Shown: piece after piece, positions 1 to 9,181 of the stretch | Position numbering within the stretch: position 1 is the stretch's first letter | Layout: each line of letters opens with the position of its first letter | Origin: an uncultured bacterium | GTDB lineage: Bacteria > Planctomycetota > UBA1135 > GCA-002686595 | DNA length: 64,000 nucleotides | Direction of reading: 5' to 3' | Assembly (NCBI GenBank): GCA_937910685.1 | Contig: CALEMP010000021.1 | Span: 53,428-117,427, forward strand | Made by a program: the position numbers and the translations under genes | Notes under the pieces: model-generated | Seen by the model: only the letters and a program-made list of their open reading frames with translations | Database searches by the model: none | Told to the model about the DNA's origin: nothing

Positions 1-1
1 G

Positions 2-301
2 GAGACGACCAAAGGTGACCCCACCATCAGAACGACTCGGTTCCTCTCTGCTTCAGTGTTGCGATGGATGACGGCGGCTCATCTAACCAATCTACCTGAA
101 GCGGAGGCGGCTCAGGAGTTGGGTGTTTCACCCTGGGTCTACAAGAACTTTGTTGCCCCACCAGCTCAACGTTGGGGGGCGAAGGGAACACGCAATCTAG
201 TCAAGCAACTTGCCGCTTCAGAGAGGGCACTCCTCAACGGGTGTGTCTCACCCTGGTTGGTGTTGTGTAGTCGTCTCCTGCATGCCTGCGCTACTTCCTG
301 A
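2..301 (+). CDS. 3' end of a gene that begins upstream of the window; possible clamp-loader delta (HolA)-like C-terminal domain
   Basis: Frame 2 is open from nt 2 to TGA 299-301 (the track lists only 56..301). The helical text 'AAQELGVSPWVYKNFVAPPAQRW...LVKQLAASERALLNG' loosely resembles HolA domain III. dnaN and dnaX homologues lie further right. The function call is weak. Confidence 0.35.
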   Translation, partial: ETTKGDPTIRTTRFLSASVLRWMTAAHLTNLPEAEAAQELGVSPWVYKNFVAPPAQRWGAKGTRNLVKQLAASERALLNGCVSPWLVLCSRLLHACATS

Positions 302-384
302 GTGGGAGATCGGTACGGTATCCATTCAATAGACCTGGCTCAGAGCAATGTGACCCTTCCTACGATGAAACGAGGCGGCTTTCC

Positions 385-3300
385 ATGATCTTCGACCAGG
401 CTCCGGTTGACCGAAAGGTTCGTACATTCTCGCTCAGTGACGCCTTTCTAGAGGATTTCCGGGACAAGCAACCGGCGTGGGGCTTTGGGGCTCTGAGCTA
501 TTTTACATACAAAAGGACGTACAGCAGGGCGATGCCGGATGGCACCTCCGAGGAGTTCTGGCAGACTTGTCGGCGTGTTGTGGAGGGTGTCTACAACATC
601 CAGAAGATCCACTGCCGTCGTCTTGGTCTGCCATGGTCTGAGGCCAAAGCCCAGAAGTCCGCACAGGAGATGTACACCCGCATGTGGGAGTTCAAATGGA
701 CCCCACCAGGACGCGGACTCTGGATGATGGGCACAGACATCATCTATGAGAAGGGCAGCGCAAGCCTGAACAACTGCTTCGCCCCGGAGACCCAGGTGGT
801 CATCGAGGGGGCCAACCTGGCGACTCTGGGCGACCTTGCCGAGCACTCGCAGGGCGAGAAGCCGGTGATGATCCGGGCGGGCGACGGCGAGATGCGGCCC
901 GCCGTGGCGAAGGGCTTCGGCAAGCAGCGCCTCTTCAAGGTGTCGTTCGCCCCCGCAGGGCGGCGAACGAACTTCCGGCTGGAGTACGACGTCACCCGGA
1001 ACCACCGCTGGATCTTGGCGGACGGAACGGAGACCACCGACCTCAAGGTGGGTGACGTGGTGAAGGTCACCCCGGATCGTTACTTCCAGTCCAAGGACAC
1101 CGACGAGGTGGAAGGCTTCGCCCACGGCCTCGTCTTCGGGGATGGGGCGCAGCACACCTACTACCCCTACCGGCACCAGATTCGGCTGTGTGGTGCGAAG
1201 GAGCAGACCCACGTTGCCCGACTGGAGCAGTCGACGCACCACTTCAACACGACGCACCCCGAATCCTACAACGGGGATGCGATGGTGTGGTTCAAGCTCC
1301 CCGAAGGGGTCAGCTGGAAGGCCCTCCCCACGGTGAACACTTCGGTGGCGTACCAGCGGGCGTTCCTTCAGGGGTGGATCGCCGCCGATGCGGGAACGCA
1401 GATCACGAAGAGCGCCAATCGCATCCTTTGTACGCAGAAGGCGGAGGCGGCTCAGTGGCTCATCGACCGGGCACCGCTCCTGGGTTTCTGCGTCACGGGC
1501 TTCAACTACGACCCCACGATGGTGACCGCGTTCGGTCCCCGTTCCGCTCCGATGGCCCACATCACGCTGACCGAGGAAGCGGTCGACTACCGGGTCAAGT
1601 CGATCACGGATGAGGGGCGCGAGGAGGAGGTCTACTGCGTGACGGAGCCCGAGACGGGCACCTTCACGCTGGCTGGCGGGATGGTCACGGGCAATTGCGC
1701 CTTTGTTTCAAGTGAGAACATCGGTGAGGACTTCAGTGGTCCTTTCACGTTCTTGATGGACATGTCGATGTTGGGCGTGGGTGTTGGAGGTGACACTCGT
1801 GGTGTAGGCAAGGCTCGCATCCAGACTCCCAGGGTGACGGACGCTGCTTTTGTGGTGGAGGATAGTCGTGAGGGTTGGGTGGCGATGACCCGCACTGTCC
1901 TGGACAGCTTTGTGGGGAAGGGTCATTTCCCGACCACGCTCGACTTCCGTCAAGTACGACCACGTGGAGAGCCTATCCTGGGGTTTGGTGGTGTAGCTTC
2001 GGGTCCGAACCCTTTGGCTCGATTGGCGAAGAATATCGTCATCATGTTGTTGTCTCCTGGTGTGGAGCCTCTCTTTGAGGAGGTGTCTAACGAGACCCAT
2101 CCTGGAGAGATTGGGGTTCTTCACACGACGTTCCGGGGTGAGGGCAAGCCTTACCGGATTACATCAGGTGGCATTGTCGACATCTTCAACATGGTTGGGG
2201 CGTGTGTCGTTGCAGGAGGCGTGAGGCGCTCCGCAGAGATAATGTTCGGTCAGGCGGATGACAAGGAGTTCCGGGCACTCAAAGATCCGACCGATCTTAT
2301 AGCGTTGGATGCCCTCAAGGACGAACTCAAGCTTAGTCTTGATCGCACACAGGATAGCGACCCGGAGATGGGTATCCTTCAGCGACAACTCCAGGAGGTT
2401 GAAGCGGAGATTGAGCAGCACCCAATGGTGACCCATCGTTGGGCGTCCAACAACTCTATTTTTGGCGAAGTGGGGATGGACTACAGTGAGGTGGCTCCTC
2501 ACATTGCTGCCAACGGTGAACCCGGCATCCTTTGGCTTGACAACATGCGAGGCTTCTCCCGCATGGCCGATCCTCGTGATGACAAGGACTGGCGGGCCAT
2601 GGGGATGAACCCATGCGTCGAACAATCCTTGGAGAGCTATGAATTATGTTGCTTAGTAGAAACATACCCGGCTCATCATGAGAGCTACGAGGATTTTGAG
2701 CGGACATTGAAGTTCGCGTACCTCTATGCGAAGACCGTGACGCTCGTACCTACGCATGATCAGCGCACCAATGCAGTGATGAACCGCAACCGTCGCATCG
2801 GTTGTTCACAGAGTGGCATCCGACAGGCCATCACTCGTCATGGGAGACGTAACTTTCTTCAGTGGTGTGCAAAGGGTTATGGATACATCCAGAAGCTCGA
2901 CCGCACCTACAGTGATTGGTTGGGTGTGCCGTTGTCTATCAAGACCACATCTGTCAAACCTTCAGGAACAGTCAGTCTCCTGGCCGGGGCCACGCCGGGC
3001 GTTCACGCGGCCCACAGCGAGTACTACATTCGCAATGTGCGGGTGGCAGGGACGAGTCCTTTGGTCATGGCTGCCAGGGTGGCGGGTTTCACTGTAGAGA
3101 AGGACCGCAACGTGGCTGACACGTGGGTGGTGTCCTTCCCGGTGAAGACCCCCAACTATGACAAGGGCAAGAACGACCTATCCATTTGGGAGCAGTTTGC
3201 CATGGTGGCTGACCTGCAGCGCCATTGGGCCGACAACTCGGTGAGCGCCACCATCACCTTCCGACCCGATGAGGTGGACCAGATCCAAACTTGCCTGGAG

Positions 3301-3510
3301 GTGTTTGAAGACCGGCTCAAGGCAATCAGTCTCCTTCCCTACAGCGGCCATGGCTATGTTCAAGCCCCTTACATCGAGATCACGGAGGATGAATACATCA
3401 CCATGATGGGACTCATTCGCCCGTTGGACTTGGTTGACCAGGACACGCATGAGGTCGATGACAAGTTCTGTGACGGCGTAAGTTGCGAGATCCCGCCCGG
3501 TCGTGGCTGA
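385..3510 (+). CDS. nrdJ: class II (B12-dependent, monomeric RTPR/NrdJ-like) ribonucleotide reductase, interrupted by an intein
   Basis: 1041-aa ORF. N-extein '...WTPPGRGLWMMGTD...GSASLNN' joins C-extein 'CAFVSSENIGEDF...' to give contiguous class II RNR text. C-terminal redox Cys pair 'FCDGVSCEIP'. The spliced product would be 734 aa. Confidence 0.85.
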   Translation: MIFDQAPVDRKVRTFSLSDAFLEDFRDKQPAWGFGALSYFTYKRTYSRAMPDGTSEEFWQTCRRVVEGVYNIQKIHCRRLGLPWSEAKAQKSAQEMYTRMWEFKWTPPGRGLWMMGTDIIYEKGSASLNNCFAPETQVVIEGANLATLGDLAEHSQGEKPVMIRAGDGEMRPAVAKGFGKQRLFKVSFAPAGRRTNFRLEYDVTRNHRWILADGTETTDLKVGDVVKVTPDRYFQSKDTDEVEGFAHGLVFGDGAQHTYYPYRHQIRLCGAKEQTHVARLEQSTHHFNTTHPESYNGDAMVWFKLPEGVSWKALPTVNTSVAYQRAFLQGWIAADAGTQITKSANRILCTQKAEAAQWLIDRAPLLGFCVTGFNYDPTMVTAFGPRSAPMAHITLTEEAVDYRVKSITDEGREEEVYCVTEPETGTFTLAGGMVTGNCAFVSSENIGEDFSGPFTFLMDMSMLGVGVGGDTRGVGKARIQTPRVTDAAFVVEDSREGWVAMTRTVLDSFVGKGHFPTTLDFRQVRPRGEPILGFGGVASGPNPLARLAKNIVIMLLSPGVEPLFEEVSNETHPGEIGVLHTTFRGEGKPYRITSGGIVDIFNMVGACVVAGGVRRSAEIMFGQADDKEFRALKDPTDLIALDALKDELKLSLDRTQDSDPEMGILQRQLQEVEAEIEQHPMVTHRWASNNSIFGEVGMDYSEVAPHIAANGEPGILWLDNMRGFSRMADPRDDKDWRAMGMNPCVEQSLESYELCCLVETYPAHHESYEDFERTLKFAYLYAKTVTLVPTHDQRTNAVMNRNRRIGCSQSGIRQAITRHGRRNFLQWCAKGYGYIQKLDRTYSDWLGVPLSIKTTSVKPSGTVSLLAGATPGVHAAHSEYYIRNVRVAGTSPLVMAARVAGFTVEKDRNVADTWVVSFPVKTPNYDKGKNDLSIWEQFAMVADLQRHWADNSVSATITFRPDEVDQIQTCLEVFEDRLKAISLLPYSGHGYVQAPYIEITEDEYITMMGLIRPLDLVDQDTHEVDDKFCDGVSCEIPPGRG
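775..1695 (+). mobile_element. intein (307 aa) with LAGLIDADG homing-endonuclease domain inside nrdJ
   Basis: aa 131-437. Starts 'CFAPETQVVIEG' and has the block B motif 'TRNHRW'. Two LAGLIDADG motifs, 'FAHGLVFGDGA' and 'FLQGWIAADAG'. Ends 'GGMVTGN' followed by the +1 Cys (1696-1698). Removing it restores 'SLNN-CAFVS'. GC is clearly higher than in the exteins. Confidence 0.85.
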
Positions 3511-3545
3511 TAGGTGCGCGCCTGCCCTTTGAGGGTAAGCCAACT

Positions 3546-4034
3546 GTGGAAACCCTAACTCATCAATCTCCCCTCACTTTCCTGGAGGGTGAGTTCAAAC
3601 ATCTCACCGACCCGGACAGTGGCCACCCTCAACTCTTCGTGCTGGTGGAGGGTCACTCCCCCACCAGCGTGGACACCGAACTTCAACGGTGGGAGGGTCG
3701 GGAGGTGGCTCTAGTCCTGCACTTCCTTGACCAGGGCGTGAGCCGTCCTGGTCAAGGAAGTTGCTTGTATCCAGCCAAGTGTCTCCTCCACGATGGGAAC
3801 CCCCAACGTATGATTGCCGCCTCGCTTCAGGGAACACTGGAGCGGTGGGTGTCTCGATGGGTGGTCAAAACTGCAAGTGAGAGTCACAACGTGCCTCTTC
3901 AATATATGCCGGGTCACCTTGCTCGTTTGACGGTGATACCCTCCTTCACTGACCGCTCTGATCCTCTTGATGGTAAGAGTCTGGATGCTCTTGAGGAAGG
4001 GCTCAAGAGCCTCTGGGGGAAGAATGGACGCTGA
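3546..4034 (+). CDS. hypothetical protein (start uncertain; ORF open from 3483)
   Basis: The only long + ORF between nrdJ and the helicase. The first part has GC3-rich, codon-like usage. GTG 3546 lies after a GAGGG at 3531-3535. It contains a 15-bp perfect inverted repeat, which lowers confidence. Confidence 0.4.
   Translation: METLTHQSPLTFLEGEFKHLTDPDSGHPQLFVLVEGHSPTSVDTELQRWEGREVALVLHFLDQGVSRPGQGSCLYPAKCLLHDGNPQRMIAASLQGTLERWVSRWVVKTASESHNVPLQYMPGHLARLTVIPSFTDRSDPLDGKSLDALEEGLKSLWGKNGR
3721..3761 (+). repeat. 15-bp perfect inverted repeat (stem-loop, 11-nt loop)
   Basis: ACTTCCTTGACCAGG (3721-3735) / CCTGGTCAAGGAAGT (3747-3761), read directly. Followed by TGCTTGTAT. Confidence 0.85.
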
Positions 4035-6360
4035 GTACTTTTCCGGTCGTGTTCACTCGGTCGTCTTTGAGAATCCAGATGAGGGTTTCTACATCACCCG
4101 GATGATGCTGGACGGTCAGTCCGTTCAAACTGAGCCCGTGTCGGTGCGTGGCAACGTTCAGGGTCTGACGATCCAAACCGGATCGTGGTTTGGTTTCGAG
4201 GCAAGGTGGGAAGACCATCCCAAGTACGGCAAGCAGCTTGCCATACTCAGAGCCCCCGTTTTACAGGGAGACTGGGATGCGGACACCGCACACAAGATGC
4301 TCCTGTCGAACGGGGTCTCGGATTCCGTCCTGTGTAGCATCCGGCAACACTTTCCCGATGAGAAGGACTTCCTGAAGGCCCTTCAGGACACCGAGCACCT
4401 TCAAGAGGTTTCCGGGATCAGCAAGTTCAGTGCTCTGCATGTGGTTCAACGGTGGGAGTCCGTGGTTATCCACTTTCGTACCCTGGCTTTCCTGGGGACG
4501 TTGGGGTTGACCAGCGGCACCATTCGTTCGGTCTGGTCCTTGTTCAAAGACAAGACCGAGGAGGTCTTGTCCAAGAACCCGTGGGCCTTGGCTCGTGTCC
4601 CTGGCATCAATTTCATGCAAGCGGATCAGGTGGCAGCCCGTCTGGGTTTGTCCATGGATGACCCCAAACGCATTGAAGGGGCTGTATTAGCGGCAAGTCA
4701 GAACTTCCGGCAGATGGGTCACGTCTTTATGACCACGGGTGACCTGTTTGAGGTGACAGGGCAATGGGTGGAGTCTTTAGATCAAATCGCTCTTGCCAAG
4801 GCCCTCGTTGCTTTGCATGAGAGTGGGCAGCTAGTCATCGACAAAACAACCCGGAGAGGAACCACAGCGGTCTATGACCCCTGGTTCCACATGCTGGAGA
4901 CCTCCGCCTCAGATCTGTTGCTCGCTCGTGTAGAATCCGCCAAGCCTACCCGAGAGTATATTGATGGTCTGGCAGCGGTTGGTCCTGCAACGGAGGCAAG
5001 TGTTACGGCCAAGGCACGCTCCCGTACCGTGGTGGCAACAGCGGTGGAGGAGTGGGAAGCTCAAAACCAACTCTTCCTTAGTGAGGACCAGAAGCGTGGT
5101 GTGCTGAATGCCTTGCTTGAACCAGTGTCGATCTTGACGGGTCTTCCGGGGAGCGGCAAGACAACCTCCTTACGAGCTGTTATTCGCATTCTTATGGAGT
5201 CAGGGATCAAGATCCTGCCAGTTGCTCCTACAGGCATTGCCGCGAAGAATATCAAGGCCAGGACGGGCGCTGATGCTTCCACAATCCATCGAGCCTTCTC
5301 CGCTACCCCTGGCAACACATCAAGTCGTAAAGCCACGTACACGGGTGTTGTGGGGGACAGTGGGTACAAGGACGTGGGGACGGGTCAGCTTTCTGAATGG
5401 ACCTACGGCCCGGACCACCCTCATCCAGCCAAGTGCATCATCATCGATGAAGCTTCTATGCTTGACCTGCACCTGTTGTATCGGGTGTTGTCATGCACAG
5501 GCCCTGATTGCCGTGTGGTATTCGTTGGGGACCACGCTCAACTACCATCGGTTGGCCCCGGCAATGTCCTCAAGGACTTGATAGCCTCCGAGTTGTTCCC
5601 CACCGTAAAGCTCACTCAGATTTTTCGGCAAAAGGACACCAGCGACATCGTGTACGCTGCCCATGCTATCCACCGTGGGGAGACCCCCGACACCAGCCCC
5701 ACCTCAGATTATGCCCTGCTTCCGGTTTCTGATGATGAGCGTGTGCTGGTGACGGTTCTCAAGATCGCCTTGAAGCTCTATGAGCGCAAGGCTAATTTCC
5801 AGGTTTTGAGTCCTCGCCATGCTGGTACCCTGGGGGTGACCAACCTGAATTCCCGACTACGCGAACTCATCAACCCGGCTGCTCCTGGGGTCACTGAGAC
5901 CAGGATGGGTAAAGAGACGATCCGGGAAGGTGACCGCATCATGGTGGTCAAAAACGACTACCTGTTGGGCGTTTACAATGGGGACGTAGGCAAGATCACC
6001 CGAATTGATGCGAAGAAGAAGGAGGTGCTCATCAAAGTCTTTGGGGAGCCCCCGTTGTACGTGCCTGTGCCCTTCAAGACCATGGGTCAACTGCTACGAC
6101 TCGCTTACGCCACCACTGTTCACAAGGCCCAAGGACTTGAGTACGACCATATCGTGATGCCAATGGTGACTGGTTTCCGGCATCAGTTGCAACGCAACCT
6201 CCTGTACACGGCTTCAACACGGGCGAGGAAGCGAGTCATGCTCGTAGGCTCCCGTCACGCGCTTGCTTTGGCCGTTGGAAATGACCGTGAGGAGCAAAGG
6301 CAAACTTTGCTGATTGATCGGTTGGCCGTAGGTCAGTCTACAAAGCCTGAGCAGGAGTAG
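4024..6360 (+). CDS. recD: RecD2-like SF1 DNA helicase
   Basis: RecD2-type N-terminus 'GRVHSVVFENPDEGFYITRM'. Walker A 'GLPGSGKTT' and Walker B 'IIIDEASMLD'. Further helicase motifs 'VFVGDHAQLPSVGPGNV' and 'ATTVHKAQGLEYDHIVM'. ATG 4024 is preferred over 3967. Confidence 0.85.
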   Translation: MDAEYFSGRVHSVVFENPDEGFYITRMMLDGQSVQTEPVSVRGNVQGLTIQTGSWFGFEARWEDHPKYGKQLAILRAPVLQGDWDADTAHKMLLSNGVSDSVLCSIRQHFPDEKDFLKALQDTEHLQEVSGISKFSALHVVQRWESVVIHFRTLAFLGTLGLTSGTIRSVWSLFKDKTEEVLSKNPWALARVPGINFMQADQVAARLGLSMDDPKRIEGAVLAASQNFRQMGHVFMTTGDLFEVTGQWVESLDQIALAKALVALHESGQLVIDKTTRRGTTAVYDPWFHMLETSASDLLLARVESAKPTREYIDGLAAVGPATEASVTAKARSRTVVATAVEEWEAQNQLFLSEDQKRGVLNALLEPVSILTGLPGSGKTTSLRAVIRILMESGIKILPVAPTGIAAKNIKARTGADASTIHRAFSATPGNTSSRKATYTGVVGDSGYKDVGTGQLSEWTYGPDHPHPAKCIIIDEASMLDLHLLYRVLSCTGPDCRVVFVGDHAQLPSVGPGNVLKDLIASELFPTVKLTQIFRQKDTSDIVYAAHAIHRGETPDTSPTSDYALLPVSDDERVLVTVLKIALKLYERKANFQVLSPRHAGTLGVTNLNSRLRELINPAAPGVTETRMGKETIREGDRIMVVKNDYLLGVYNGDVGKITRIDAKKKEVLIKVFGEPPLYVPVPFKTMGQLLRLAYATTVHKAQGLEYDHIVMPMVTGFRHQLQRNLLYTASTRARKRVMLVGSRHALALAVGNDREEQRQTLLIDRLAVGQSTKPEQE

Positions 6361-6381
6361 ACTGGATGGCACTTTCCGCCT

Positions 6382-6801
6382 ATGGAGGCTGGTCACATGA
6401 TTTTCTCTGACGAACAGATATCCCGGATACACCGCATTCGGGACAACATGCGCATCACCAAGGTTGTGGCGACTCGCGCCGTGAAGACCAAGAACGGGGA
6501 CTTCTTTGTAGGGTGGAGTGCCGCTTGGGACACCATCCAGGAGGATGCAGGGGGTCTGGGCGCTGACCTCATTGGGGCACAGGATGAGGCTGAGGAGGCC
6601 CTGTCCACTCAACGGGGTATGACACTTGCGGACGCGAAGATCGCGGACCTCATCCTTGGGATGCAGGTGGACCTTCAGGCGCTCAATCACGCCCTGGCTG
6701 GTTCCGGTATCTCTGAGGAGGACCACAAGAGGGCGTCGGCTGCGGTCAAGCGCAACTACGGGCAGCTGCTCGCTAACGCATTGGCAAACGGGAGCGACTA
6801 G
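6382..6801 (+). CDS. hypothetical protein
   Basis: 139-aa ORF in the same-strand gene array. Its stop overlaps the next start (TAGTG). No motif recognised. Confidence 0.5.
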   Translation: MEAGHMIFSDEQISRIHRIRDNMRITKVVATRAVKTKNGDFFVGWSAAWDTIQEDAGGLGADLIGAQDEAEEALSTQRGMTLADAKIADLILGMQVDLQALNHALAGSGISEEDHKRASAAVKRNYGQLLANALANGSD

Positions 6802-7691
6802 TGTCTCAGTATGTAGATGAGGTCTTTGCGGAACGGACTTTCACCCGACTGGCTGAGATGGCCGTGTTGTTGGATGCCGACCCTTTGATTCATGGTCCGA
6901 AGCGCCTCAACAACAAGGTGGCCGAGTGTCGGAACATCCTCAATGAACTGGAGCGGATTTTCCTCGATGTGAGCCAGCGTCTTCACAAGGCTGGTCGGGC
7001 ACTTCGCATTTCTGAGACTGCCTTTGAGATGCAGCGCAAGCACATGCTAGCGACGGATCCCCTGGTGCGAGCGGAGCGCTCCGTATCTGATCGGGACGCC
7101 GCAACCACCATGCGCCTCAAGAAGGAAGTCGGTGAGCTTGACGATCTTCGGATGGACGTGGCTGACCTGGACAGCATTCTTCGGGTGGTCAAGGCGAAGC
7201 GGGCTGACCTCAAGGATACACAGAGCAGACTCCGGGATCAGATCAACCTCTGCCGTGAAGAACTTGGCCTGCAACAGTCGTGGGGCTCCAAGCCCCCTCC
7301 GGGGACCAAGTTCGACCTTGACCGTCAGATGAAGACGGTCAAGGGACCGTCTATGGCTGATGTGGATGACATGCTGGCTGGGGTTGAGGAGGAAATCAAC
7401 ATCGCTGGGTTTGCCTCTGATGATCCTCTTGAAGTCACCGAAGACGAGCCTCTGGTTGAGGAACCTCTGGTTGAAGAGGTGGAGGAGCCTCCTGCATCCG
7501 AGGTACCCGGTTTCACTTTTGAGGTGTTGCCGGAGACCCCTGCAGCGAAGTTGCCCAAGGGTAATGGTACCGATCAGACGGTGGACAATCTGATTGCCCA
7601 GATCGAGGTCGGAAAACCAGGTGGTCGTCTTTCGTTGGAAGAAATGGATGACCGAGCCATCGATGACCTGCTCTCAAATTTCGACACTTGA
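6801..7691 (+). CDS. hypothetical coiled-coil protein with acidic C-terminal half
   Basis: 296-aa ORF. Heptad-like helical N-terminal two thirds and an acidic 'EDEPLVEEPLVEEVEEP' repeat. No enzymatic motif. Confidence 0.55.
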   Translation: MSQYVDEVFAERTFTRLAEMAVLLDADPLIHGPKRLNNKVAECRNILNELERIFLDVSQRLHKAGRALRISETAFEMQRKHMLATDPLVRAERSVSDRDAATTMRLKKEVGELDDLRMDVADLDSILRVVKAKRADLKDTQSRLRDQINLCREELGLQQSWGSKPPPGTKFDLDRQMKTVKGPSMADVDDMLAGVEEEINIAGFASDDPLEVTEDEPLVEEPLVEEVEEPPASEVPGFTFEVLPETPAAKLPKGNGTDQTVDNLIAQIEVGKPGGRLSLEEMDDRAIDDLLSNFDT

Positions 7692-7792
7692 GCTAGACAT
7701 ATTTCGGAGTCCGTGGAGTAGATCAAACAGACGCGGACCCTATCGCACAACTTCGGATCAGCGATCCAACACAGTCCGCAAGGAGACAGACA

Positions 7793-8524
7793 ATGGCAGA
7801 GAAAGGTTTTCAATCGTTCGGCTTCGGTCAGGGCGATGACAAGATTGGTAAGGGCGGGAAGGTTGCCAAGTTCAAGGCCAAGCAGGGCGAGACCTATCGG
7901 ATCAGCTTCCTGAACTGGCCGGGGCTTGCGGAGGGCAATCCCAACTTCGACGCGGAGACCCCGCTGTTTGAAGGCGACCACATGAACTTTATCAAGGGCG
8001 TGGGTCGCGTCCTCAACCGCTCCCCGGAGCACACTCGCATCGCTGGTGAGCCGCCCAAGCTTCGTATCATCGCGATTATCGTGGTGTGGCCTGTCACCAA
8101 GAACGGGCAGATCGACGCCAAAGCCATTCAGAACGGCGATGTGGAAGTGATGCTCTGGGATCTTCCCGAGACCAAGTACGCCGATCTCAAGCCGATCCAC
8201 ATGGAGTGGCACTTCGGGTCGCACGACATCCGGGCGACCTGCACCAAGGCAGATTGGCAGGAGATGACTTTCACGCCTTCCAAGGACTCCCTGCTTCGCA
8301 AGGTCTTTGAGAATGACACGCTCCAGACGTGTCGCGACTACATCCTCTCAGAGGGTCAGGCGCTCCTCCCCAAGATGCGCCCCGAAATCGGACGTGAGAT
8401 GAGCGTGGACCAGATCCGCGAGAAGCTCGCAGGTTCCGGTGGCGGCGGTGCTTCGATGAACAGCCTCGCTGATCCTGGCACCACCGATGACATCGATGGA
8501 CTGGTCGACGATCTGCTCGGTTAG
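7793..8524 (+). CDS. putative single-stranded DNA-binding protein (T4 gp32-like)
   Basis: 'GETYRISFLNWPG' and 'RIIAIIVVWPVTKNG...VMLWDL' resemble the gp32 OB-fold strands. Gly-rich linker and acidic tip 'DDIDGLVDDLLG' (compare the gp32 C-terminus '...DLDDLLNDL'). It sits in front of the RuvC-like and RecA genes. High GC3. Confidence 0.5.
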   Translation: MAEKGFQSFGFGQGDDKIGKGGKVAKFKAKQGETYRISFLNWPGLAEGNPNFDAETPLFEGDHMNFIKGVGRVLNRSPEHTRIAGEPPKLRIIAIIVVWPVTKNGQIDAKAIQNGDVEVMLWDLPETKYADLKPIHMEWHFGSHDIRATCTKADWQEMTFTPSKDSLLRKVFENDTLQTCRDYILSEGQALLPKMRPEIGREMSVDQIREKLAGSGGGGASMNSLADPGTTDDIDGLVDDLLG

Positions 8525-8527
8525 CCC

Positions 8528-9181
8528 GTGCAGACCCTTGGCTTGGACCCCAGCCTGACGAACTTCGGTTGGGCTTTGCACGACACGTCCGCTGTGGGCC
8601 GATCCCGGTGTGTAGACCGGGGTCGGTTCCACACATCCACCAAATCCTTGTATGTCGACCGCTACTGTGAGATGCGGGCCAACGTGTTGGAATTGGTGAC
8701 CCGACTTGGTGTCACACGGGTGGGGATTGAGTTCCCCATCTTCAACGACATCTGGTCGGAGGGCATGTATGGCTTGTTCCTCTTCGCTAGTGAGGCCCTA
8801 CGTTTGGCAAAGGTGGACGTGGTGTTCCTCGCCAACAACCAGACCAAGGCCCATTGTCGACGTTTTCTGGACCGTCCAAAGGGCTGGAAGATTGGTAAGC
8901 CCGACATGATCGAGGGTGCCAAACTGGACACCGGAGGTGGTGGGCGCTGGTCAGGGGATGAGGCTGATGCCTACTGGGTCGCCCTGGTCGCTGGTCGGTT
9001 CTGGCAGTTGGTGGATGATGAGGTCACGGTGGACGACCTCACACCCCTGGAAGCGAAGCAATTCACGGCGATTCACACATACTCCCGTGGCAAGAAGGCA
9101 GGGCAGACCGTGCATCGGGGTATTCAATATAGGGAGGGCGAAAGGTTCTTCCGGTGGTCACAACTTGAAGGAGATGGCTGA
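8528..9181 (+). CDS. RuvC-fold Holliday junction resolvase-like nuclease
   Basis: GTG start. 'LGLDPSLTNFGWAL' (first catalytic Asp), 'GIEFPIF' (Glu), 'GDEADAYWVA' (Asp). Size 217 aa. Confidence 0.7.
   Translation: MQTLGLDPSLTNFGWALHDTSAVGRSRCVDRGRFHTSTKSLYVDRYCEMRANVLELVTRLGVTRVGIEFPIFNDIWSEGMYGLFLFASEALRLAKVDVVFLANNQTKAHCRRFLDRPKGWKIGKPDMIEGAKLDTGGGGRWSGDEADAYWVALVAGRFWQLVDDEVTVDDLTPLEAKQFTAIHTYSRGKKAGQTVHRGIQYREGERFFRWSQLEGDG

Noticed and set aside
448-1560. 370-aa minus-strand ORF overlapping nrdJ
   Set aside because: It lies antisense to the GC-rich intein. It has an Arg/Pro/Gly/Val-rich, low-information composition typical of shadow ORFs in high-GC3 DNA. The + frame has unambiguous RNR and intein motifs.
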